Source of the DNA: Pseudomonadota bacterium
GTDB taxonomy: Bacteria; Pseudomonadota; Alphaproteobacteria; Rhodobacterales; Rhodobacteraceae
Assembly: GCA_039026255.1 (NCBI GenBank)
Contig: JBCCMR010000001.1
Coordinates: 1-43,953, forward strand
Length of the DNA: 43,953 bases
Direction of reading: 5' to 3'
A model generated the notes under the pieces. That model did no database searches and was not told the DNA's origin. It saw only the letters and a list, made by a program, of their open reading frames with translations. The translations under genes were made by a program, and so were the position numbers. Below are positions 9,487 to 18,205 of the stretch, in pieces (position 1 is the first letter of the stretch; each line of letters starts with the position of its first letter).

Positions 9487-9957
9487 ATGGGACGCGCCGC
9501 CGGATACGCATTTGCGGGCGCGCAGGCGGCCGCCTGCGCCATTTTCATTTCAGCCTGCACCCCTGAGGACCCCGCCCGGGACAGGGCCAGCGACCCCACG
9601 ACGTACCCAGTTTTACAAACGGACGCCGATGATGCCCCAGCGGTCGCACCTCCGCGCTACGGCACGATCCGAACCCGTCTGTTGGAAGGCGATCTTGTTG
9701 CCATCGACGTCACCGTGGAAAACGCGCTGTCAGAGGCGGTGGTGCTGCGGTTCGGGGACTGCGCCGCTGCTCGCTATGCGCTGATCCGTGGGGTGCGCTT
9801 TGCCAGTCGGGTTACGAACCAGGTTACCCGCTCGGGGGACACCTGGACTGGGGCCGGGGTCTACACGCTCTGGCGCGCGGACCCGGGATCGACGTCCGTG
9901 ATCGCTGCCCGCGCCACGGTCGCCGGGTGCGAGGCCGACGGCATCCCCACCGTCTGA
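9487..9957 (+). CDS. lipoprotein resembling a Rhodobacteraceae nuo-cluster accessory ORF
   Basis: Lipobox ISAC. LLEGDLV, CAAARYALIRG..FA, VYT and terminal C...GIPTV match my recollection of this family. Confidence 0.7.
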   Translation: MGRAAGYAFAGAQAAACAIFISACTPEDPARDRASDPTTYPVLQTDADDAPAVAPPRYGTIRTRLLEGDLVAIDVTVENALSEAVVLRFGDCAAARYALIRGVRFASRVTNQVTRSGDTWTGAGVYTLWRADPGSTSVIAARATVAGCEADGIPTV

Positions 9958-10105
9958 CCCGGTATGTCCACGTTGCCCTAGGCGTAACTGTGGCAGGCAC
10001 AGCGAAAATGTTACTTGCGGTCAGCGGCGCAGTTCCATTGACTGGACCCACTGGGCAGTCCGCATTAAATGCGCTCGCCCGTAAGACCCCCAAGGAAAGA
10101 CCCCC

Positions 10106-10522
10106 ATGAGCGAACTCGCCAAATTCTTCGACGGCATGATGCGTCAGAGCCAGGACATGGCCGAAAAGATGGGAATGGACACCCGTTTGATGGACCCCTG
10201 GCGCGAGATGATGGTCAAAAACGTCGAACTGGCCGAAGATATGGTTCCAGCGCAGATGAAAGAAGCACTGGAGCATATGGTGGGCCAGGGGCTTGACCCT
10301 AAAGCGCGGGCGCTCACCACCGTGGCAGGCCTGACCGCGCGGGGTGCCGAAGACACCGCGATCCTTACCACAGCCATCAACGCCGCCATCGCAGCGGGGG
10401 CGTCGAACCGCGAAATCTCCGAAACCATATTGCAGATGGCCGGGATCGGCGCCGTCACTGGCGTGCCCAAAGCAATGACCATCGCCATGGGGATCATGGC
10501 GTCGAAAGGAGGCGCGCGATGA
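10106..10522 (+). CDS. carboxymuconolactone decarboxylase/AhpD-like protein (nuo-cluster accessory)
   Basis: RBS AAGGA. Met-rich N-terminus, GLDPKARAL.TVAGLT..GA, A..AGAS..EI.ETI.QM. Confidence 0.8.
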   Translation: MSELAKFFDGMMRQSQDMAEKMGMDTRLMDPWREMMVKNVELAEDMVPAQMKEALEHMVGQGLDPKARALTTVAGLTARGAEDTAILTTAINAAIAAGASNREISETILQMAGIGAVTGVPKAMTIAMGIMASKGGAR

Positions 10523-10899
10523 CGCGTTCATTCAAGAAAATCGCTTTGGGATTGATCTGCGGGGTGGGTTTAAGTGCCTGCGTCACGCAAGAGGATTTTG
10601 AGGCTAGCGTCGATGCCCGTATGGGCCAGCCCGATTTCTCGTTTGTGCAGCTTTGGGGCACGCCTACCGAAACCTATGACACAAGCGGTCGGCGTTTTCT
10701 GGGCTGGACGCGCACCACGACGATGACGCTGCCGTCAACCCCGCCCAGCTTTTACTACGGCGGCGCTGGGCGTATTTACGCGGTTGGCTATTCGGAGCGC
10801 ACCGTCACCCGCACCTGCCAGATCACGGTAGAATTCGCGCGCGCCGGGCGCAACTGGGTGTCGAAACGCTGGGGCTACCGCGGGCGCGGGTGCTTCTAG
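10519..10899 (+). CDS. hypothetical lipoprotein
   Basis: ATGA overlap with upstream gene, RBS AAGGAGG, lipobox LSAC, WGTP motif, two later Cys. Confidence 0.75.
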   Translation: MTRSFKKIALGLICGVGLSACVTQEDFEASVDARMGQPDFSFVQLWGTPTETYDTSGRRFLGWTRTTTMTLPSTPPSFYYGGAGRIYAVGYSERTVTRTCQITVEFARAGRNWVSKRWGYRGRGCF

Positions 10900-10935
10900 G
10901 GCTAGGCGTGGGCTAGCGGGACCGGAGTGTTGGTC

Positions 10936-11460
10936 ATGGGGTGGGCAATCACCTTCTATCTTGCCGGGGCGGGGCTTTTGGGCGGGACGGGACTTGCCAT
11001 ATGTTCTGACAGCACCGGCTGGCGGGCCGCAGGGCTGTTAGCGGCGGGGCTTGCCCTTGGCGTCTTGGGTCTTGTCGCCGGGGCGGGGGCCGTGGCACTG
11101 GTCTTAGGGACCGTCCACGGTGGAATCGCGGCTGCGGGCGTGGTTTGGGCCGAAGCGAGGCTTGACGAAGGCGCGCCAAAACCACCTGGCGCGGGACTGG
11201 CCCTGGGCCTTACGGTCGGCTTGGGATTTATGGTTGTGCTTAGCTTCGCCCTGGGTGAGAGGAGCGCATCCGTGGCGTCATTAGCGGGACATAGCACGAC
11301 GCAATCGGTGTTTTTACTGTCTTTAGGGGCGCTTTTCCTAGTCATCTGCGCCATCGCGGCCTTTGCGCTTTGGCGGCCAGAGGACGGACCAAAGGCATCG
11401 CCGGCGGCCCCGCTTTGGGGGCCTGTACGCAAACGCGACAAACGACGGCCCGGGGGATGA
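10936..11460 (+). CDS. nuoJ: highly divergent NADH-quinone oxidoreductase subunit J-like membrane protein
   Basis: Collinear with NuoJ by eye: FYL...GG...S...L.L..GA..VA..L..VHG....LD and C-terminal FLL.L..L....IAA..L.R. Sits between the CMD gene and nuoK. RBS GGAG. Confidence 0.6.
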   Translation: MGWAITFYLAGAGLLGGTGLAICSDSTGWRAAGLLAAGLALGVLGLVAGAGAVALVLGTVHGGIAAAGVVWAEARLDEGAPKPPGAGLALGLTVGLGFMVVLSFALGERSASVASLAGHSTTQSVFLLSLGALFLVICAIAAFALWRPEDGPKASPAAPLWGPVRKRDKRRPGG

Positions 11461-11996
11461 TCGCGCGCGCCTCGCAGGCCGTCGGACCGCGGACTTCCCC
11501 AAGGTTATTCCGAGGGGCGATGACAGCCGCCGTTTTTTGTGCCACCCTATTGGTCGCAGCAGTCCACGCCGAAGGCAACCAGCCCCAAAACCTATCAGAC
11601 TGCAACCGGCGCACTCACATTAGCCACGGGGGCCAAGACGGCACCCGCGACTATGGCAGCGGCATGGTCGGCTGGGTTGCCTGGTGGGCCCAGGAAGGAA
11701 CTTTCAAAGAGGTCTGGCTTGCCAACTGCCAAAGCGGCCAAGCACTCAGCGTGCGGACCGCAGAAGAACGTATTTCAAACCGCTATATTCCGGATCGCAC
11801 CCTGCGCGCGCGCGCAGCCCTCGCTACCTGGGCCGACACCGGGCCGGGATTTTTCACCGTCGACTGGATGGCCCAGCAGCTGGGCACCTTTGGCAAAGAC
11901 CTGACCGTGCGCGCCATGCGTGAGGAGGTATGCGCCTGCGCCGTCGCCTACCCCGACTTGCGCGGCACTAAGACCCCTTTTGCGGGGCTCGAATGA
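11457..11996 (+). CDS. hypothetical secreted Cys-containing protein between nuoJ and nuoK
   Basis: ATGA overlap with nuoJ stop (alternative start 11520). Signal-like segment, WW.QEG, C-terminal CACAVAYPDLRG.K.PF. Confidence 0.7.
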   Translation: MIARASQAVGPRTSPRLFRGAMTAAVFCATLLVAAVHAEGNQPQNLSDCNRRTHISHGGQDGTRDYGSGMVGWVAWWAQEGTFKEVWLANCQSGQALSVRTAEERISNRYIPDRTLRARAALATWADTGPGFFTVDWMAQQLGTFGKDLTVRAMREEVCACAVAYPDLRGTKTPFAGLE

Positions 11997-12124
11997 GCAA
12001 GGCACGGGGCGGGGAAAACGATGCCGGGGATGCCGAAGCGGTCCGGCGCCCTATATTGCGCCAGGTCGCCCCAGCTGTTGACCGGGCAAAGCCTTAAAGG
12101 ACCGCTGATGAAAGCACGCTTCCT

Positions 12125-12409
12125 ATGATCGGGCCTGACCATGTGCTGACCCTGGCGGCCGCCCTCTTTGCGTTGGGGGCATTCGGGCTTTTCCGCGGCA
12201 CGGGGGCGCTGATGCCCGCTGTTATATCAATCCATGTGATGGCGCTAGCCGCAGCACTTGGCGCCTTCGCCATAGGGGGGCTCTTTCCCGGCGCGGCGAT
12301 CCTGGCGAGCTCGCTGGGGCTGGCGGGGCTTGCCCTTGCCGTCGAGGTCTGCTTTGTGCGCGGGCGCACGGTGGACACCGCACCCGGCGACACGAAGGCG
12401 AAAGGGTAA
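12125..12409 (+). CDS. nuoK: divergent NADH-quinone oxidoreductase subunit K-like protein
   Basis: MIG.DH.LT.AA.LF..G.FGLF, SIHVM (canonical SIELM), GLA..VCF.R, terminal KG, directly upstream of nuoL. Confidence 0.8.
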   Translation: MIGPDHVLTLAAALFALGAFGLFRGTGALMPAVISIHVMALAAALGAFAIGGLFPGAAILASSLGLAGLALAVEVCFVRGRTVDTAPGDTKAKG

Positions 12410-12417
12410 GGCACCCG

Positions 12418-14367
12418 ATGGAAATCACACTTCTGCTGTTGCCGCTTCTGGGCGCTATCCTCTGCGGATGGGGGTGGCGGCTTTTCGGCGACACCGCCGC
12501 CACCTGGATCGCCACCCTCAGCAGCGTCGGCGCCGCCGCGCTTGCCTTTTGGACGGTGCTGACCTTCGACGGACCCCGGGTTGTGGCCCTAGGTCGCTGG
12601 ATCGAGTCCGGATCGCTCAGCACCGACTGGTCTATCTTGATCGACGGACTGTCCGCAGCAATGCTTTTGGTCACAATGACGCTCGTCGCGCTGCTGCAAG
12701 TATACGCCATCGGTTTTATGGCCCGCGACGAAGACTTCCCCGACGGCGAGGTATATCGCCCGCGCTTTTTCGCTTTTTTGTCGCTCTTTGCCTTCGCCCT
12801 AGGCGTGCTTTTCACTGCCGAAAACCTTCTCCAGCTGATTTTCGGTTGGCAGGCGGTGGCCTTTGTGGGCTTTCTTTTGACCGGCTTTTACTTTCGCAAA
12901 CCATCTGCAAACAGCGGAGCGATGCGCGCTTTTGTGACAGGACGGGTCGGCGACTCAGCGCTGTTAGTGGCCCTGGCGGCGCTATTCGCGGTGGCAGATA
13001 GCGCAGTCTTTTCGGACATCTTAGACACTACCACAATTGCCGCACTTCGGGCTGAGATTTGGACCGTGGCGGGCCGCGACATCACCGCGGCAAGCGCCGT
13101 TGGCGGGCTTTTAGCCCTGGCTGCGGCGTTCAAAGCGGCGCTTATATTCGCCCACATATCAGCACCTAGGTCCATGGATGCACCGGCCCCGGGCGCGGCG
13201 CTCATCGTTGTCCTCGGCGGGCTCCTCGTGGCAGTGTTCCTGGTTCTGCGGCTAGCACCGATCTTTAATGCCGCCCCCCTGGCCGGACTGCTGATGGTTG
13301 GGGCGGGCGGGCTCACGACCGTTTTCGGAGCGGGCGCGGCCCTGGCCCAGCGCGAACTAAAGCGTGTGTTGGCCTTCGCTAGCGTGTCTCAGGGCGGCGT
13401 GGTCTTCGTGGCGCTTGGCCTGGGCGCCTATGGCGCAGCATTAACACAGGCCCTGGCGGCGGCGGTGACGCTGACGCTTCTTTACCTGGGGGCCGGATCG
13501 GTAATTCGCGCCATGCAACGAGACCGCGATATGCGCGGCTATGGCGGCCTACGCAGTCGTATGCCTGTCACCTACGCGGCCATGGTTATCGGCGCGCTGG
13601 GGCTTGCGGGTGTGGGTATCCCGGCCACGGGGCTTGGGTTTGGGGGATTTACGTCTCTGGGCGCCATTGCCAGCGCCGCCCAGGACGCAGCCCGGGTGCC
13701 TGTGCTGGGCAACGGACAGACCCTAGCGCAGGCGGCGTTCTGGGCGCTTTGCATAAGCGGGCTTTTGACCGGACTATTTGTAGGGCGGCTGATATTGCTG
13801 ACGTTCCACGGGCGCCCCCGCGGCGAACGCAAGACCCACGACCAGGCCCAAGAGGCCGTCGCGACGGTCACGGTGCCTATGGGCATCCTGATGGCCGCAA
13901 CGGTGGCGGTCCCAGTCGCCGGAGCCTTTGCGGCTGGCCTGATGGGCCTTTCCACCGGGGGACAGGGCCCCGCGCAGGGTCTTAGCGTAATGGCAACGCT
14001 GGCCCCGCTCGGGGGCCTGGCGCTCGCATGGCCGATCTTTGCGCGCGGGTCCGACTGGCCTCAGGGGGCGCAGGGGTTGGGCAACTTCTTGCGCCAGGGT
14101 TGGGGGCTTGACGCCCTCGTGGAGCGGGTGACCATTACCCCGCTTCTTTGGCTGGGAGAGCGGCTTTCACGCCGCCTTGATGGCCAGGTCATCGAAGCTG
14201 GAACCACAACGCTGGCGCGTGTTTTTGCCAGGGGTGCCTTGCCCTGGTTTGCCCGCCCGACCCAGGACCCCGATACCCCCGCGGGCGGGGTCGCTCACTA
14301 CGCCATGGTCAGCCTGTCGGCCGCCGCAATTCTGGTGATCTTTTTCGCGGTGCGGAGCGTCGGCTGA
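12418..14367 (+). CDS. nuoL: divergent NADH-quinone oxidoreductase subunit L-like protein
   Basis: RWIESGSLSTDW, YRPRFFAFLSLF, GFYFRKPSAN, RVGD, KRV.A..SQ, LGAGSVI, DMR.YGGLR, LTFHG.PRG, C-terminal lateral helix region. Confidence 0.9.
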   Translation: MEITLLLLPLLGAILCGWGWRLFGDTAATWIATLSSVGAAALAFWTVLTFDGPRVVALGRWIESGSLSTDWSILIDGLSAAMLLVTMTLVALLQVYAIGFMARDEDFPDGEVYRPRFFAFLSLFAFALGVLFTAENLLQLIFGWQAVAFVGFLLTGFYFRKPSANSGAMRAFVTGRVGDSALLVALAALFAVADSAVFSDILDTTTIAALRAEIWTVAGRDITAASAVGGLLALAAAFKAALIFAHISAPRSMDAPAPGAALIVVLGGLLVAVFLVLRLAPIFNAAPLAGLLMVGAGGLTTVFGAGAALAQRELKRVLAFASVSQGGVVFVALGLGAYGAALTQALAAAVTLTLLYLGAGSVIRAMQRDRDMRGYGGLRSRMPVTYAAMVIGALGLAGVGIPATGLGFGGFTSLGAIASAAQDAARVPVLGNGQTLAQAAFWALCISGLLTGLFVGRLILLTFHGRPRGERKTHDQAQEAVATVTVPMGILMAATVAVPVAGAFAAGLMGLSTGGQGPAQGLSVMATLAPLGGLALAWPIFARGSDWPQGAQGLGNFLRQGWGLDALVERVTITPLLWLGERLSRRLDGQVIEAGTTTLARVFARGALPWFARPTQDPDTPAGGVAHYAMVSLSAAAILVIFFAVRSVG

Positions 14368-15959
14368 TGGATAACCTTTTGTCCATCGTGACTTTCTTAC
14401 CGCTTCTTGCCGCCCTAATCCTGGCGATATTTTTGCGCGGCGACGATGGCGCCGCCCAGCAAAACGCCAAGATTTTGGCGCTTGTGGCCACCGGCGCCAC
14501 TTTTGTGATCTCGGTGGCGATTGTGACGCAGTTTGAGCCAGCTACCACGGATTTCCAACTGGTGGAGCGGTTCGCATGGGTGAGCGATCTAAGCTACGCC
14601 ATGGGGGTCGACGGGGTAAGCCTTGTCTTTGTTATGCTAACCACAGCGCTAATGCCCTTTGTGGTGGGTGCCGCTTGGACAGTAAACACCCGCGTGAAGG
14701 AGTTTATGATTTTGCTCCTGGCAATTGAAACGCTTCTTTTAGCGGCCTTCCTGGCGCTGGATTTGATGCTCTTTTTTGTGGCCGCGGAGGCGGTGCTGAT
14801 CCCCGTGTTCCTGCTGATCGCCATTTGGGGCGGGGCGGAGCGTCTGACAGCAGCTTTCAAATACGCGCTGCTTGCCTTGATCAGCCTGGCTGCGCTTTTG
14901 ACTGCTGTGACACTCCTTTGGACCGCGGCAGGCACAACTGACATGGGCGCGCTCCTGTCAGCCGCCGCCGAAAACGGTCCATTGGCGCTTCTTGGGGACC
15001 AGTATACCGCAGTGATGGCCCTGTTACTGGGCGCATTTGCGGTCAAACTTGCGCTTTGGCCTGCGCATGTCTGGCTGCCCCAGGCCATGGCCCAGGCGCC
15101 CACCGGGGTCACGGTGCTTTTGTCGGCGGTGACAGTGAAACTGGGCGCCTACGGGCTTCTTAGGCTTTGGGTGCCCCTTGGCGCGCCGGGAATGGAACTT
15201 TGGGGGCCCTACCTTTTTGCCCTGGCCCTGGCGGCAATCCTCTTTGGCGGGCTTATGGCACTTGTCCAAGAAGACCTGATGAGGCTTTTGGCCTACGCAG
15301 GCGTGGCGCAGATGGGCTTTGTCGCGCTGGGCGTGCTAGGCGCCACGCGACAGGCGATTGACGGCGCACTTTTTGCGGTTGTGGCCCACGCTATTGCTGC
15401 CGCGGGCCTTTTGATCCTGGTGGGTGCCCTACGCGACCGGGTGGCCAGCACCCAGATCGAAAACTTTGGCGGCTTGGTGGTGCGCATGCCAGTGTTTGCC
15501 GTCGTCTTCATGATTTTTGTCCTTGGCGCGATCGGTTTGCCAGGCACGGCCGGCTTTGTGGGCGTGGTTCTTGTGGTCACCGGCGTCTTTCCCGCCGGGG
15601 CATGGGTGGCGATCCTCGGTGCGCTTGGCCTTGCAGTCGCAGCGGCCTACGGGATCAGGCTTTATCGGCGCGTCGTGGCCGGCGACCTCATTCGCGAAGC
15701 GCTTAAAGCAATCCGAGACCTTGACCGGCGCGAACTGACCCTTGTGGTGCCGCTGATTGCGCTGACGCTGGCGTTGGGTATCGCACCTAGCCTGATGCTG
15801 GATCTTGTGGGCCCCACGACCGAGGCCCTGGCGGCTACCTTTGAAACTGCAGCCCAGGCCGAAACTGATACGGCCACCAACACTTCCGCGCCGATCCACA
15901 TCGACACTGCCGATGCCGCGACCGCGACCGCCGCGCCCACTGCGGGCGCCGGGGATTAA
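14367..15959 (+). CDS. nuoM: divergent NADH-quinone oxidoreductase subunit M-like protein
   Basis: MDNLLSIVTFLP, FQLVE, MGVDGVS, E..LIP, IWGG..R, FAVK...WP.H.WLP, KLGAYG.LR, LVQED, GLPGT.GFVG. Confidence 0.93.
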   Translation: MDNLLSIVTFLPLLAALILAIFLRGDDGAAQQNAKILALVATGATFVISVAIVTQFEPATTDFQLVERFAWVSDLSYAMGVDGVSLVFVMLTTALMPFVVGAAWTVNTRVKEFMILLLAIETLLLAAFLALDLMLFFVAAEAVLIPVFLLIAIWGGAERLTAAFKYALLALISLAALLTAVTLLWTAAGTTDMGALLSAAAENGPLALLGDQYTAVMALLLGAFAVKLALWPAHVWLPQAMAQAPTGVTVLLSAVTVKLGAYGLLRLWVPLGAPGMELWGPYLFALALAAILFGGLMALVQEDLMRLLAYAGVAQMGFVALGVLGATRQAIDGALFAVVAHAIAAAGLLILVGALRDRVASTQIENFGGLVVRMPVFAVVFMIFVLGAIGLPGTAGFVGVVLVVTGVFPAGAWVAILGALGLAVAAAYGIRLYRRVVAGDLIREALKAIRDLDRRELTLVVPLIALTLALGIAPSLMLDLVGPTTEALAATFETAAQAETDTATNTSAPIHIDTADAATATAAPTAGAGD

Positions 15960-15971
15960 CGGGGCCTACCG

Positions 15972-17420
15972 GTGCTGGCGCTAGACCTGGCGACCGCCCT
16001 ACCCGAAACGGTGCTGGCGGTGTTCCTTTTGGCGGCCTTTGCCTTCGCCGTCCTGACCCGCGGCGACACGCTCACAGGCCCGATTATTGGCGCCACAACC
16101 GGCGTCATGGGGGCGCTTGGTCTCTGGATCGCGTTCCTGCCTGCCGCCAACCGAAGCGCCTTTGGCGGTATGCTTGTCGATGACGCCTTCGCCCGCTACA
16201 CCAAAGTGCTGATCCTGTGGACCGCGGGGGTCGTTTTGCCCATGGCCCAAGCGCACCTGCGCCGCACCGGGCAGCACCGCTACCCTTTCCCGATCTTGGC
16301 GGGATTTGCCGTTTTGGCGATGTTGTTGACCGTCTCAGCAGGGGACCTCGTGGCGCTTTTTCTGGCGGTTGCATCCCTGGCGGCCGCGCTGACCGGGCTG
16401 GCCACCCTCGGGCGGCGCACGCCGCGGGCAACCGCGTTGACGCTGCGTTTTACCCTGGGACTGATGGCCGGTCTGGGGCTGATCGCCTTTGGCATTGCAA
16501 TCTTGGTGGCGGCCACCGGCGCCACCGGCTACTCCGCCCTGCGCGCCACTCTAGCCGTGACCGATGGCGGACTGGCGGCGACGGTGGGGCTAGTGCTTTT
16601 GATGGCGGGGCTGGCGGTTTTTGCCGGGGCGGCGCCCTTCCACATCTGGTGTGGGGACATGCAGGCGGGGGCGCCCGGGTCATTGGCGATTGTCCTGGCC
16701 GCCCTCCCAAGGGTCACAGCCTTGGCAGCCTTGGCTAGGCTTGGCGTCGAAACCCAGGGCCCAGCCCAGGGGGACGGCCCACTCATTCTTGTATTGATCG
16801 GTGGTGGCTCGCTGCTTTGGGCGGCGTTTGCCGCCGCCGGGGAGCCGCACCTGCGCCGGCTGATCGCCCACGCGGCAGTCTTTGGGACGGGCCTGGCGGT
16901 CCTTGGCATGGCTGCGGCGCTGGCGACCGGGACCGCCGCGGGGATGCAGGCGGCCCTTCTGGTGCTAACCATGCAAGCCATAACGCTGACTGCGGCCCTT
17001 GCGCTTTTGACTGGGCTCGAACAGGACGGGCGTCCAGTGACCGCCGTGGTCCAGTTGCGCGGCTTTGGCCAAGCCGACCCGCTGCGCGCAGCAGCGCTTA
17101 GCGTTTTGATCCTAAATCTTGCGGGCTTGCCACCGCTCGCGGGGGTAGTGGGGGTAGGGTTCACACTCGGCGCGCTTAGTGCCGCTTGGCCCTGGGCGGC
17201 GGCCGTTGGGGCTGCAGTGCTCGTGCCTTTTGCAGCAGGTATGCTGCGGGTCATCTTTGCCCTCTATACCCCTACCGACGCCGACCCGCCCGATAGCACG
17301 ATGCCCGCCCTATCCTATGCGGCGCTCTTGGGGGGCGCGGCGGTGATGCTTTTGGGCCTTGTCACTACTTGGGGCACGGTCGAGCGCGCCGCGCGCGCGG
17401 CCCAAGCACTTTGGCAATGA
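15972..17420 (+). CDS. nuoN: highly divergent NADH-quinone oxidoreductase subunit N-like protein
   Basis: LPE..LA, AFGGML.DDAFAR..K, YP.PIL, SAGDL..L, PFH.W..D...GAP, LAGLPPLAG. Immediately upstream of birA. Confidence 0.85.
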   Translation: MLALDLATALPETVLAVFLLAAFAFAVLTRGDTLTGPIIGATTGVMGALGLWIAFLPAANRSAFGGMLVDDAFARYTKVLILWTAGVVLPMAQAHLRRTGQHRYPFPILAGFAVLAMLLTVSAGDLVALFLAVASLAAALTGLATLGRRTPRATALTLRFTLGLMAGLGLIAFGIAILVAATGATGYSALRATLAVTDGGLAATVGLVLLMAGLAVFAGAAPFHIWCGDMQAGAPGSLAIVLAALPRVTALAALARLGVETQGPAQGDGPLILVLIGGGSLLWAAFAAAGEPHLRRLIAHAAVFGTGLAVLGMAAALATGTAAGMQAALLVLTMQAITLTAALALLTGLEQDGRPVTAVVQLRGFGQADPLRAAALSVLILNLAGLPPLAGVVGVGFTLGALSAAWPWAAAVGAAVLVPFAAGMLRVIFALYTPTDADPPDSTMPALSYAALLGGAAVMLLGLVTTWGTVERAARAAQALWQ

Positions 17421-18187
17421 CGGTATCGCCGCTTTTCCCGGCGCCGCCCCCATGGCCAAGCGATGTGGACCGCGTGACGCTTCCCTCCGTCGACAGCACC
17501 ATGGCCGAAGTGCGCCGCCGGGCTCCGGTCGCGGGCGTTGACACCTGGGTACACGCCCTGGACCAAAGCGCCGGCACTGGACGGCGCGGGCGCGCCTGGG
17601 CGCAACCGCCGGGGAACTTTTCAGCCTCACTTCTCCTACGCCCGGAGGAGCCACCTTCCCGCCTGGCCCTGCGCAGCTTTGTGGCGTCCTTGGCCTTGCG
17701 GGACGCGTTAGTCGCTGTCACCGGCGAAGAGGACTGGTTTCAGATGAAATGGCCCAACGATGTCCTAATGCACGGCGGCAAAGTCGCCGGTATCTTATTG
17801 GAAACGCTAGCTGAACCCTCAGGTCCCGCGCTGATTGTGGGGATCGGCGTAAACCTGGCAGCAGCCCCTCCGGTGGCAGAACTGGAACCCGGCGCCATCC
17901 GACCCCGGTCGCTAGCTGGGAGCGGCATCAAAGTCGCCCCGGGCGATTTTCTCGACTATCTGGCGCCTGCGTTTTACCGCTGGGATCGGCTTTTGCGCGA
18001 CCAAGGCTTTGATCCCTTGCGCCGCGCTTGGCTAGACCGGGCCGCACGCATAGGTCAGCCGGTGGTGGCGCGCCTGCCCAATGAAGAAATCGCGGGCGTT
18101 TTTCGCACAGTGGACGCCACAGGCGCCCTTGTACTAGACACAGATGCGGGCCCGCGCACCATTGCCGCGGGCGACGTCTTCTTTTGA
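17417..18187 (+). CDS. birA: biotin--[acetyl-CoA-carboxylase] ligase
   Basis: VDSTM, Q.AG.GRRGR.W, KWPNDV, KVAGILLE, VGIGVN, AGDVFF. ATGA overlap with nuoN. Confidence 0.95.
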   Translation: MTVSPLFPAPPPWPSDVDRVTLPSVDSTMAEVRRRAPVAGVDTWVHALDQSAGTGRRGRAWAQPPGNFSASLLLRPEEPPSRLALRSFVASLALRDALVAVTGEEDWFQMKWPNDVLMHGGKVAGILLETLAEPSGPALIVGIGVNLAAAPPVAELEPGAIRPRSLAGSGIKVAPGDFLDYLAPAFYRWDRLLRDQGFDPLRRAWLDRAARIGQPVVARLPNEEIAGVFRTVDATGALVLDTDAGPRTIAAGDVFF

Positions 18188-18205
18188 GAGCGGGGAGGGC
18201 AAGCC

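Noticed and set aside
9958-10105. Possible relic of nuoG/H/I in the spacer (ORF 9927-10109)
   Set aside because: No recognisable nuo motif in the frames I read; LNALAR versus the NuoI end LDAPYR is too weak.
12125-17420. Reading the cluster as an Mrp/Pha antiporter or hydrogenase-4 membrane module
   Set aside because: N-termini (MIG..H, MDNLLSIVTF), order K-L-M-N and the birA-coaX-rnj flank are those of the nuo locus; no MrpE/F/G or hydrogenase genes are present.
10936-17420. Calling nuoJ-N pseudogenes
   Set aside because: All frames are open and near full length with coupled starts and stops; no lesion is visible.
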